This document shows, one piece after another, positions 1 through 12,169 of a stretch of DNA of 64,000 nt. The position numbers and the translations under genes are program-made. The stretch comes from Takakia lepidozioides (Eukaryota > Plantae > Bryophyta). Each line of letters opens with the position of its first letter. Position 1 is the first letter of the stretch. The notes under the pieces were generated by a model that did not search any database, was not told the origin of the DNA, and saw nothing but the letters and a program-made list of their open reading frames with translations. The stretch lies in contig CM060734.1 in NCBI GenBank assembly GCA_030704615.1, positions 36,704,001 to 36,768,000 on the forward strand. The letters run 5' to 3'.

Positions 1-569
1 CATAAGAGCTCTCTGTTCCCTTTGCCGTGCTTTCTTTTATGTACAGCTGTCACTTTCCACGTTGAAGTATGGTTTTTTTAATCTGTTCCTATAGTTGCTA
101 GCCACCTCACATGTCATCACGTTACATATTCCATTTCATTAAAAAAAACGTGGCGCAGGCAGGGTGGCGGTCTCCGTGACGCCAGGGCGTCGCGGCTTGT
201 GACCCCCGGACTAAAAAACACGTCGCAGGGGGTGTCGGGCGTTGCCGCCCGCAAATGGGGTTTGCGACGCCCGATCGTCGCTACTTGCGATCCCCACCCA
301 AAAAACACGTTGTTATTGGCGACGTGCTGCAGTCAAGAGGGCAACCTGGTTGGGAGGGGGGTTGGGGGTTCATTTTGGGGGTGAATTGGGGGTGGTTTTT
401 TGTTTTTTTCCTGGTTTTGTATTTGGGGATGGGAGAACTTACAATTCCATTTCTCTGAGTTAGCAGGTACACAATTGAGCAAGCATGAATCGAGGGTGAG
501 GACGGTGCGACACATGAATAAGATGGAAGATGGAAATATGGAAATATATTTACAAAAAGTGAGCTGAAA

Positions 570-3225
570 AACTCACAAGGGTTCAGTAGATTGACCCTGG
601 GACCTACATGGACTAGGACTAGTCATCCTCATCCTCATCCTCAGTGGAGGACTCAGAGCTATCTGATGAGCCTGATGACTCCGCGCCCTTTGCCAGAGCA
701 CGTAAATGAGGCGGCGTTCCCCTAAGTCCCACAGAGCTCTCATCCAATCCCTAGGCATGACCCTCGACCTCATCCATACTAGTGCCCTGTAGTGCACTCA
801 TCCCCTCTGTGTTGGTCATGTTCTTCATGAGGGATTGCCAACCATGCTCCTTGGCGTAATTGTACTCTACCGGAGATGGCTTCCTCTCAAACGCACGTTG
901 CTACACATGCCACAAATTAAAATCAGTTCTTCGTGATGATGGAGCCAGAAAGAAGACATAATAAAATCCATAGGGAAGTACGACTTACAAATCGCAAGAT
1001 AAAACCCTTGGATCCGCCGGCGCCCCACTTGTGTGTGGATTTGTGCTTGTCAAGGCGGACTGTTGTTGCTTCGCGTGCCCGGTCAAATTTGGCCTTGTTT
1101 GCGGCATCAGTCTCTCCCGCAATGAGTGCATCCCACGATACCTATGCACCCCCCCCCCCCCCCCCCCCCCGCCCCCCCAACAATTAGTGAATTACACACA
1201 TACGTTGCATCGAATCCACCTCATTAATGCACATGCGACAAATGGAAGGTGACATGATTCAGGATTTGCCAACCTATGTAATTCCATAAGGTGGTTTGGG
1301 TATGGCCCCCTTTTCCATTGCCCTCCGAATGATCTGTCTGGCACGGTACCTCCTATCCTTCAAGTTTCGTCCCACCATCTCCATCACCCTTGTGTCACTC
1401 CAATTGCCCGAAAAACCGGCGGTCTAACTCACGGGCATACGCCCGCTTCGCGCCAAAGTGCTGATCAGCCCACTCGATGTGCAAAGGGAACCACCTCAAT
1501 GCGAGTTCAAAGGCTGGCTTCTTCATAGCCTCCCAGAACGCACCGCAGGGATCACCATGGCGATTCACCTCCACCGGTGGCACCACGATCTTTGCCAACT
1601 CCACATCCTGTATCGCCAAGGCTATCCCACCCTCTCCCTTCTTTGTAGCCTCCTTCCCCTGCTCCTTTGTTACCCCACTGCCCTCCCCCGCATGCACACT
1701 CACCCATTCCTCTCTATGGGACTTCTTCTTCTTCTTCTTCTTTTCCTTCCCCTTCTCCACGACCATCTCCTTCCCCTTCCCCGCTACTTCCTCTCTCTCC
1801 TTCTCCCTCTCCCTTCTCTCTCTCTCCTCGGCAGCCCCTTCATTGATGGTAAAAGCGATCTTGGGAGATCGAGGCCTCTTCTTCTTACCTTTGGTGTTCG
1901 GGTCCTTCATGAACACCACGTGTTCTCCCTCATTGGCAACCCCACTGGACTGCACCAATGAGGCCAGCCATGTTGCTGCCTCCTGAAGACAAATAACCCC
2001 TCCAAATTCAAAAAAAGAAACAAACAACAAAGAAAATCATGCATGCAAAGGAAAGGAAAAATCATGGAACAAGGTGCGACAGTTGTACCTTTGCAAGCTT
2101 GTCCGACTCGCCCCTGGTGTCACCCGATGTGGGAAGAGTCCCCGTTTCCGGATGTGCCCGCTCTATCCCCTCCCGGAGCGCCACTGGAAGTAGATTCCAG
2201 ATGTGGAGCATAGCCGGTGGCGGCGCCCCGTAGTCCAGGCCCTTCTTTGCTGATCGCTCAGGCTCAGGGGGCGGTGTCGCTGATCGGCTAGGCTGCTCCG
2301 AACCGGCCATACCTCCTCCTCTTCCCCCCCCCCCCAAATGTGTATCAGGGTAGAAGCCCTCACCCAGCTTGACTTCTTCGAGGCGCTTCGCTATCTTGGC
2401 CACTTCATTGGCCCTCCTCGTCTCCTCCTCCCTCATCGACAACAATGGGCTGGCAATGGAGGCTTTCAAAGGCCCTTGAACCTGACGTTGGGCCTTGGCA
2501 AGTGCAGCCTTTGCTGCGGAGGAAGGGGTCGCTATGGGGGTGACATCCAAAAGGTGCCCATACCGGGCCCCCGAATGGGTGATGTGCTTGCCAAGGTACA
2601 TTTCACCCGTCTTGGTGGCCGGGGGTGTGCTCAACTGAGCATCCAGCTCAGCAACAACCTCCCAAATAGGAGAGCTGGCTGAGCCGGCCTCTGGTGCATC
2701 CAAGAGAGGAAGAAAACTTCCCTAAACCTGTTTTCAGTCTGTGACATGGGGAAGGACTTCATGGATGCGCTCAAGGGTCTATCCCACTCTTGGCACCAAA
2801 CCTAAATTTAAAGTCAGGGCAGGAAGACTACCTTTGAACAGTAAACAGAAGCAGAAAGGAAAGGGAGAGTGCAATTTCCCTGACGTACCTCTGCTGCTGC
2901 TGGTGCTTAAAGCGAGCTGGCGCGGCGAGCTGTTGCGGTGCTGTCGCGGCTGCCAGCGGCGCGGGTCCCCGCAGCTGCAGGGCGTCTCTCCCCCGCTCAC
3001 CACGGCTCTCTATCTCTCTCTTCAGCTCGTTAGGTCGCGCCTCTGCGCGGCGTTCCTACCACACAGGGGAGAGAGACATCAGCCCGTGCTTAGGGCAAGA
3101 AAAAGAAAGACAGAAAGTGAGGGAGGAGGCGGTGCTTACCTTGGGCGTTGGAGCGGCGTTGGGGGCAAACTCCTTGGGGCTTTGCGACCACCTCGGGCTC
3201 AGCAGCAGGTGCGTTTCTCCTCCAC
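570..3225 (-). pseudogene. Spliced accessory ORF of the CACTA element (TnpA-like position), disrupted
   Basis: Long minus-strand ORFs (2062-2703, 1395-2030) with charged low-complexity segments and GT-AG-like boundaries (e.g. CAAG|GTAAG at ~3140). In-frame stops are present. It sits inside the CACTA, divergent from the transposase. No family motif recognised with certainty. Confidence 0.45.
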
Positions 3226-3526
3226 CCTAAACCCCACTCTCTGAACTACCTCTCTCCCAAAGAACAAACGAAAACGGGAGGGGAAAAAGATGCTTGAAGC
3301 ACTTAGGGAAAGAAAAAAAAGGCACGGCGCCCACGTGCGACGCCCGACCGTCGCATGCCTGCGCCCGCCTTTTTTTGAAATGTAAAAATGAAGATTGCGA
3401 CGGCTGGCCGTCGTTTCTTGCGACCCCCAGCCCCATAAATAAAAAAAACATGTCGCCCCCCGCGACGGCTGTCCGTCGCGGGGTGCGACCCCCAGTTAAA
3501 AAATAAAAATAAAACTCGTCGTCCAA

Positions 3527-3667
3527 TGCGACGCCAGGGTGTCGTAGGAGGCGACGGCCAGCCTTTCTGGATTTAGGGTTTAGGGCCTTTTGGGTTTCTT
3601 AGTGTTTATTTTAGTTATTTATTTTTTCATATGGTACTGGGTTAGGGTGTTTGCTTTACTTTATGGT
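3527..3667 (+). repeat. Left arm of internal ~140-bp inverted repeat (partner 10655-10790); includes TTTAGGGTTTAGGG
   Basis: TTTTTTCATATGGTACTGGGTTAGGGTGTTTG matches the reverse complement of CAAACACCCTATCCCAGTACCATATGAAAAAA, and similarity extends over ~140 bp. Confidence 0.85.
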
Positions 3668-4264
3668 GCTGGGTTTGGATTGGCGGTTTTGGTTGTGGGT
3701 CTTGGGGTTAAAAAGATAACGGTGGTGTAATTAGGATTCACATACCCAAAATGTGGTTCAATCTGATAATCGCAAAGCGCTAGGTCTCAACAATTTTTCC
3801 ATAGTGTGAGCATCCTGAAGATAGAACGAGAGGAAGGATTTATTGTCTTGGGCTCTAGCACCATAGAAATGCTCCGCCTTTGGTTACCAATTTTGAAAGC
3901 CCCGAGGTTGAGGCATAGGGTTTTTTTGCCAACGGTTTTTGAGAAATGAAAGTGTTGGTGGTGTGTGTTAATTAGGATGGGATGGTGAGGAAACATCGAC
4001 CCATCTCCCTTGAGGATGGGGAGGTAGTACCACATATCGATTGTGGCCCTAGAGCGACCATTTTTCGTGGCGAGGAGGCACCCATTGCACGTGATCCAAT
4101 ACAGGCTGCCGAGCACAATCGTAGAAGGGGGACCGGGGCCAAATTTCAGGTGATGCGGAGGATGTTGACACTCCGGGATCGAGAGTCGGGCGCGCTGCGG
4201 GTTGCCCCCTCGCGGGCCACCCCGTCCAACCACATCCACTACTTTTGACCCCCCCCCCCCGACA

Positions 4265-4703
4265 GGATTGAGAGTTGGTGCACTAAGTGTTGGGAACGGA
4301 TACCGTCAGGCGACACCAGACCACCAAGGCGGCGACCGCATGTTGTCGAAAAACATTACAAGAAGAACAAGATTGCGGATGCGGCAAAAGTGAGTGTTTT
4401 TCCCATCCCTCTCATTAACATTCATTTAAGGTACATTTAGGTTTATCTAATAATATAGTATTGGTAAGCATACATAAATCAAAATTACGACATAAGTATT
4501 GATGCGTCGTTCACTACGCACATTGCAACCACGACTTGATGCCCAAGCTCGCAATCACATTGCATGGGAGGCATTTCGCGCCGGTCTACTTGCAGAATTT
4601 GTGCCAGATGTGACCAGTTGGTTCCCCCAGCATTACGTAGATGAGATGCGTAGGGTCGAGGGGTATCGTAGGTGTCGTAGGTGTTATGGCCGGCGACGAG
4701 CAG

Positions 4704-4734
<31 letters not shown>

Positions 4735-5617
4735 TCTAGTTTCCTCAAGCGGTCCCCCTGATTGTGGCCTCCCCCCCCCCCCCATCTGTTTCTTTGCCTG
4801 ATCCGGACGTTGTACCCCCGGCTGCACCTCCGACATTACATCCTCAACCACCTCCACTTTCATCTCTTCCGCCAGCAGTACCACCTCCACCACCACCACC
4901 CCTACTTCCACCTCCACGTGCATGTGCCCTCCGAACCTCTAAGAGGGGTCGGCTTCGCCCTAGGTTTCCTCTCCTTCGGCTTGGGTGGCCTAAGCGGGAT
5001 CCTCGCCCCCGATGGGAAGCGCATAGGACTATGTTACTGAGGACCGTCCAGCCTCGTTGTTGGGGGAATCATCTCGACCCTCCCACCCCCATCCGAGGAA
5101 ATGTGGAGTTCAAGTATTGGGGGAGACGGTATGTTGTGAGAGCCGCTACAGACCCTACTATGGGTCGGGGTTTATTCACGGTCAATGATATTGTGGTTCC
5201 TCCTCGGAGAAACAACATGGTGGACTTGTTTCCCTACTACGGTCCATACTACACCTCCGCCCAACAACATTGTCAAAGATGTCGGGGTCACCATCACAAA
5301 ATCTAATCTCAATGGGAGACAACCCCCGTCTACGTACATCCTGTCTGGTCTTTTGGTCATCCTATGAGAACCAATGTAGTATGGACGAGCGAAGCGATGG
5401 GCATGAGAGCTTTTGTGGTCATACGTCAGTATACTGTGAGGGGATGCACATGTTTGTGATGACATGTGCTAGTAGGACTATTAGGGCTAGCAGCGAACTA
5501 TTTGCATCATATGAGTTCTTCCGGGATGATTGGGACCTCCGATTACAGCGTGAGTGGGATGTGTATGATAGAAATAGGGTTCCTTTGAGACAGGGATCGC
5601 GTAGAGGGGCATTGTAG
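4265..5617 (+). pseudogene. Putative SET-domain protein carried by the CACTA element (CxxC exon, Pro-rich linker, SET-like C-terminus), disrupted by a micro-inversion
   Basis: SET-like motifs in the expected order: MGRGLFTVNDI...FPYYG (~5160-5243), DGDPDIFDNVVG (on the inverted 5254-5374 segment) and MFVMTCASRTIRASSELFASY (~5450-5512). Confidence 0.65.
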
Positions 5618-6599
5618 ATATTCTCATGATGTACTTTGTATACATCCGATTAATCGATTGATGTAAATTTTTTTCTTGTTGCTCGTGTGGGTTGCAATTT
5701 TGCATATGTGATCTAAATATACTTATGCACATGTGGACCAAATATGAGCTTGAACCAAGTTGATTCAATGGGTCATTCTAGTGTTGAACGCAGCTACGTG
5801 TCATAGAGACAGAAAATTGTGTTTCGTCTGCAGATGATTTTTTTTTTAATTCCATTTTCAAGCCATATGCTTATTGATAGCATATGCAATGTGCGTGCAA
5901 AATTTGGGAGTAAACAAAAGTCATTTGGACCCATAACCAGATTTTGTTCTCTCATTTGCACTCCAAAGGTGAGTTATCTTCAATTTCATGCACTTTTCAT
6001 AGAGAGTTTTGCAAAAGTGACCCTAGAAACACACTTATTTTTTTTCCATTTTTTTTCTGTCCTATTTTTTGCATGGATGTAGTGGTGCAAAGCCCGATGT
6101 CACAGAACAAAATAGAGCTAAAAATAAAATCATTACGCCCCTCAAAATCGCAATAATATATTCTCTAAATGCAAATATTTATTTTAAATTCGATTTAATT
6201 CAAAATTGGTGCAAGGGTGAGTGCGTTGTTGGGGAGGCAATGTTCCCCCCCCCCCCCCCCCCCCCCCCTGCTGGATCTTTGTACAGGTGTTGCACATATA
6301 TTCAAGCACATGTAGGAAAAAATGAAGCTTGAGCCACATCCGTTTGTTGGGTGCAATGGCATGAGAGGATTTTCTTTCACATTAATAAACAAAAATTGGT
6401 TGATAGGGTGAATGCGTCATTGGGGGGGCAAATGATTTTGTTTGGGTTTGAAATTTTGCATGCATGTACGTTGCGCACATACATGTAATTATTGAATGAC
6501 ATATTTGATGCACACACACATTGAAGGTTGTTGTTTGCATTTCGCTTATAATGAAGTGTATGGTTGCAAGGACACATTATAATATATGTCCATATGTTC

Positions 6600-9500
6600 A
6601 TTTGTTCGTACCAGGACTTTGTCCATCCCTTCCCGGTCTTTTCTCTTGGCACCCCATCCGAAAACAACCCAAGTACATCAGGCGGGAGCCGTGGGCGAGA
6701 CGCCACCCCCACCGTACCGGACGATGATGACGATGACAGTGATAGTGATAGTGATAGTGACAGTGACAACAACAATGAGCATGGAATTAACCAGGAGAAT
6801 GTGCAAGCCATGGAGGATCTCTTAATGCATCATGTGGGCGCTGATGCATCCCATGAAGAGGGAACCCGGCCAATCGATGATCCTGAAATGGCCCCCTCAA
6901 ATGACATGGAGAGGGAGGCGAGAACTCCCTTGTACGAAAGGGCGAAAATGAGTTGACTTTCAACAATCTTACTTTTGCTCAATCTTCAAATTCGATTTGG
7001 CATAAGTAATGTTGGGATGTCTGCCATAATGCGAACTATTGCAGACTATATCCTTGCTCCACACTTGAAACCCAAGATGCCACGGTCGCTGAAAGAGGCG
7101 CGCGAAGTCTTGGACTTTGTGGGGATGAGCTATAAGATTTTTCATACATGTCCATGTGATAAAAACCCTATACTACGGAGATGATTCGCATCTCACCAAG
7201 TGCCCAAAGTGCAAGAAAGACCGATATTGGGATGATGTCCAAAGGAGAAAAGTACCATGCAAGGTATAAGCGCCATTCCCCCTTGCATGTAGATTATTTT
7301 CTTTAATCTTCTCAATGTATGTAAAGTGTATTCCACAAAGTTTAGGGTTTAGAGAGTAGTACTCATACAAGATCTGATTGTGGTTTTGGAAGGAGCGAGT
7401 GAGGAGTGGAAGGAGCGACGTTTGGTTTTGACCATTCACACCCAAATGAGGGAGATGCTGCATAAAGAGAAAGACATAAGGGTGTTGTATTATGTGTGCT
7501 AATGGGATGATTACATGTGGGGGGCGTGGGGTATTTCATCCTAGAAAATGCATTACTTTCCGATCGTCCCGCGATTGAGGGCACAGTACCGAAGCCCCGA
7601 ATTGGCCAGACTCATGAGATGATACGTCTCGCATCGGAGCCCCCTGGGAAAGGTGTGCGGGCCACAAGATTCACAAGCATGGAGGCATATTGAAGAGATG
7701 CGGTTTTTTCTCTTGGAGGACCCACGACATGTCCATCTCGGCTTCTCCTCGGATGGGGTCAACCATTCTCTGTCCAGTCATGTAGTCATTCCACTTGGCC
7801 GGTGACCATGGTGAATTACAACATCCCTCCGTATCTTTCAATTAAAAAAGGCCATATCATGTTGGCTGCCATTGTGCCAGGTGAGTGTACTCATTTCATG
7901 TTTATTATTGCCTTCGACTTTACATTAAACTTCTGATCTTTGACGCAATTCGGATGCAAGATTGATGAGTGACATAATCAATTTTGTAGTATAATCTGCA
8001 TATTGGTGGAGCATTGAAACAATGATGTGAATGTCTCATAGGGAAAAAACAAGTGGCAAACATGGACACGTACTTGCGACCTCTTGTTGATGAACTTAAA
8101 GAGCTATGGAGGGGGGTCTTGGCATTGGATGCTTCACTTGACCATATGGCCGGACAATCTTTTCAGATGAGAGGCATCTTGCTTTGGACAATGCATGCAG
8201 GTATATTATGTTCCCCATGAACAACCCGCGTACATTCACTTGTCAATGCCGGATAATATCGATGAAAATTGGGATTGATTGAAATAGCAGCGATAGTCTT
8301 GTGTACCGTAGTGGGGTAGATGGCATTATGGGCCATGCACATGACAACTTTTTGTTTTTGCTAATGTGGCGGGATGTGTAGTACAAGACTAATTGTTTGC
8401 TCGGGGCTAAGCACCAAAGGGTACCATGCATGCTTGCATTGTGGCGATGATCTTGATGCACATAGCTCCCGCCATCTTCACAAGATGGTGTATCCCAACT
8501 ACCGCAAATTTCTTTCTATGAGCCATCGATGGAGAAGAAGAGAGAAACACTTGTTTGATGGCAAAGAGGAAGTACGTCCCCCCCCCCCCTATGACACCGC
8601 CTGGGCAGTTTTGGGAGAACCGATGAAAGGAGGCCCATGCGGGCAGGGACGGTGAAGTGGACGTGCCCGGCATGAAACGACTTTCAATCTTCTACGAGTT
8701 TTCATATTGGGCGGTATATATTCCACAAAAACACCGTCAATATCCCTATGCATGCATGTGATATTGCACATTTGGTATGCGTTGCATTGTCACTTTCACG
8801 TTAAAAAAATTGTGTAAGTCTTTGTGGGTGGGGATATATGTAGGACCTGAAGATTCGTCATCTTCTAGATCCCATGCATATTGAGAAGAATGTCTGCTCG
8901 TCTCTTTTTTCGGTTCTTCATGGCACGCTGGCAAAGAAGGGAGTGGCTACAAAAGGAGATTATCTCGGTGTTAGAAATGAGCTTGAGGAGCAGGGTCGCA
9001 TGCACCATCTATGGGCCGAACAAAATGGTGTGGACCCAAAGGGTATTGTACGGTGGAAGTATAGGCGCGCACCTTGGCAATGGACAAAGGAGGAATACAA
9101 TAAAGTGATAGCCACCATAAATGTTGTCTGAACACCAACTGGTTATGGGTCATCCCTCCGTACGAAGTTCAACGAAGAAGACGGGGTCCATGGTTTGAAG
9201 TCTCATGACTACCACAATCTATTGCAAGACATCTTGCCCATTGCAATACGTGGGACATTGACTCCCGAGGTTCGTGAGACAATCTAGAGATTGGGAGGCT
9301 TGTTCCGGTGGATTTGCTCCAAAGAGTTGGAAGAAGCAGATTTTCCACGCATGAAGAAGGAGGCGGCGGAGGTAATGTGTATGTTGGAGATGCACCTTCA
9401 TCCCTCTTTCTTTGACATCCAAGTGCACTTAGTAGTGCACTTAGTGGAAGAGGCTTCGATTGTCGGCCCCGTTCATTCTCGGTGGATGTACGTCTTTGAA

Positions 9501-10433
9501 GATGACGCCCCGGATTTGCAGGGGGTAGAAGAGGATGATGGCCTCTAAGTTCATTCCAACAGTGGCTTTGAACTTCAGTTTATGACGCCGTTGCTAAGGA
9601 GAGGTGGTTTCAGATTTGGTGCAAGACATTGCAAGGGGCCCCTCTCAATTCGCGACCTCATACACAACGGTTTTGGTTCACGGTCGTCATTTCCGCATTC
9701 GTGCTCTTGACATGAAGCGTAAAACAACCTTGATTCTGGCTTGTGTGCCACATATTGGCAAGACTCCGTGTGGGGCAAGAGAGATACACGACCTGCTATG
9801 AGCAAACTTGAGTACATTGGAGAGCTTGAGAGCATACTCCAACTTCAGTATACAAGGTATCGGCATCTTCTCTTCAAGGGAAGGTGGTTCCAGCCACATC
9901 TTGTGGGGCCCTCCACAACACTAGTGCAAGATGATTGTGGTTTCACGCGCGTCAATGCAGATAAGCTCAACCCTACTCATTGTCCCTCCGATGAGCTTTT
10001 TTCACGGCCTTCAGACATGGAGCAAGTTTTCTTCTCCGATGACAAAACAAGAGGGGGGAATTGGAAGGTGGTTGTGCATGCTCAGCCAAGAGGAAGACGT
10101 ATCTATCATGGTCTCGGATCTCCATGGGGTGATGCAATTACGGTGGACGGAGAGACTGGTCATAATGATGTTGATGATGGAGGTTGGGTAGAGGGGGTAG
10201 AAGAGGATGATGACGCCCCGGACAATGCATCCTGGACCCTATATGATGAAGCTCTAGAAGATACGGATGTTGGAGAAGGAGACGAAGACACGGCTATTGA
10301 CAACGAGGTGGAGGATGATTCAGAGGTGCGTTTTGAGGGCCGGACCATTTATGACGATGACTCCGATGACCGAGAAGACATGCAGCTTGATGAGGATGAA
10401 GAGGCTCCGGATAATGATGTTCAAGTTGATTAG
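6600..10433 (+). pseudogene. CACTA TnpD-type transposase (Transposase_21 / DUF4218 / DUF4216 type), multi-exon, with frameshifts, stops and an internal deletion
   Basis: Motifs HTCPCD...CPKC, MHYFPIVPRL, LGFSSDG, TWPV...YNIPP, YLRPLVDELKELW, KGYHAC, LDPMHIEKNV, GLKSHDYH, FFDIQVHLVVHLVEE...GPVHSRWMY, then FKGRWF...QVFFSDD...WKVV; acidic tail. Confidence 0.93.
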
Positions 10434-10654
10434 ACACAAAAACAAAGCTACATAACAATTCTCGCACCGAACTGGACCCATCCCTTCGATTGATTGTACA
10501 TGTACATGCATATTGTACTTTATTTCTATGATTCATCAAATATGGTTGTGGCTGGTAGTCTTTTAAGAAAGAAGGCAGAGGCACAACACATACAAATGTG
10601 ATATCAAGAGAATTATCAAAATGAATGTCACAATCTACAAGAAGGTCCACAACA

Positions 10655-10790
10655 ACAAAATAAACCATAAAGAAAAACAAACACCCTATCCCAGTACCAT
10701 ATGAAAAAAAAAAAAACTACGAATCCCCAAAGGCCCTAAACCTAAACATAGAAAGCCCTGCCGTCGCTGCCTGCGACCCCTACGCGTCGC
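10655..10790 (-). repeat. Right arm of internal inverted repeat (partner 3527-3667)
   Basis: Its reverse complement aligns by eye with 3527-3667. Confidence 0.85.
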
Positions 10791-10978
10791 CACCTGCGGA
10801 TTTTAGGCCGGGGTCGCAAACGGCGACGGCCAGCCGTCGTACACTGTGACCCGTTTTTTTTTTTTTTGCAAGAATAGGGCAGCCGGGCAGTTTGCAACGC
10901 CCGGCCGTCGCAGGGGCCTTTTGCCCTTCATGCCACCATGCGACGGCCTGGTGTCGCAAGAAAGGGCTGCGATGAAAG

Positions 10979-11011
<33 letters not shown>

Positions 11012-11419
11012 CCGGTGTGTGACGCGCTGCCGTTGCCCGAAAGGGCTGCCTTCTGCCCTTTGCTGGGGCGACGCTTGGGCGTCGCACGGAAGGGCTGCCA
11101 TTTGCCCTTCATCACTCCGTGCGACGGCCAGGTGGCGGCCCGCGGGGTTTGGCTGCGACAGCCCGGCGTCGCAAACACGTTCCGCGGGGTTGGCGTCGCA
11201 CGCTCGGCGCCGCACGGGGCATGGGAGCGCGGTTGACGTCGCAAACCCCCCCCATTTGCTGTAGTGAATCCTAGGTACATAATAAAATTGCGCTAGAGAG
11301 ACATGGATCAAAAATACGACATTTGGATTATATTATTTGGAGAGCCAATTACACATTAATGCTGGAGAATTTAGAGGAATTAAATGTCGACACTTGGCTA
11401 CAATATCAGGTGTCTCAAA

Positions 11420-11725
11420 CAAAAATTTGTCGCTAAAAAAGAATCGAAAAAATTCCATAGACAAAAGTACTAGTCTTGGTCGCAAGGTGACCACAAAAAA
11501 TAAATTGTATTAGACATTTTAGTTCTTTAGTTGGTTGTGACACAGCTTGGTTGTTGCAGAAAAAAAAAAATATTAAAAAAAAATTAAAAAAAAAGTTGAA
11601 TAACAGGAGGGAATATGGGACGAAAAATCACCACAAAATTACGATAAATATACATTGCGTTGCAAGTCTTTTATACTCGGAGGTTGCAAACATTTCAACC
11701 ATCCATTGAATCTGTTATAGTAGTG
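11420..11725. mobile_element. Short CACTA-type end fragment
   Basis: Ends in ...CTGTTATAGTAGTG (CACTACTATAACAG) at 11725, with TCGC/GCGA-type motifs upstream. No partner end found. Confidence 0.4.
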
Positions 11726-12169
11726 AAGAGAGGAAAAAATATGTCTTAAGATGATGGACTATCCATGCAACAATAAGTCAGTGACGTTCAAAATAAACAT
11801 ATATAAAATAATCTTGTCACACTCACAAAAAAAATTGTCTAAAGTATTTTGTTGACAACCTTCAACTTGTATTAATACATTGACTAGAGACTTGGCATAG
11901 GCCAATAAATACATAATTATAAGATATATATCATTTTTAGTGAATCAAGAGACAAGTGGTGACCATGAGTTGAAAGCTACATACATATGTATTGGATGTC
12001 ACCAACTACAACCAATCCAACTTTGAAAGAGAATGAGGTTGTTAGATCAATCAAACACCTAACGTATGAATACTTGTAGGGTGATGGATTCAACCGAGTC
12101 TAAGACATTGCTCCTCTTTCACAACTTTGACATAAAGTTGTGATGTGGAACCTTGAGGAATTTGTTAGT

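Larger units (their letters stand above)
140..11266 (+). mobile_element. CACTA (En/Spm) DNA transposon, family A, decayed; left TIR not seen in window
   Basis: Right TIR ...CCCCATTTGCTGTAGTG ends at 11266 (reverse complement CACTACAGCAAATGG). GCGACG/CGTCGC subterminal repeats lie at ~140-330, 3300-3560 and 10760-11250. Contains a TnpD-like transposase pseudogene. Confidence 0.85.

Noticed and set aside
250-275. GCAAATGGGGTTTGCGACG resembling the CACTA left TIR
   Set aside because: Lacks the terminal CACTA and a matching AAT TSD; treated as a subterminal-type repeat.
1458-2682. Long plus-strand ORFs opposite the CACTA accessory gene (and similar antisense ORFs over SAMTL and NPC)
   Set aside because: Shadow frames of low-complexity or real coding sequence on the other strand.
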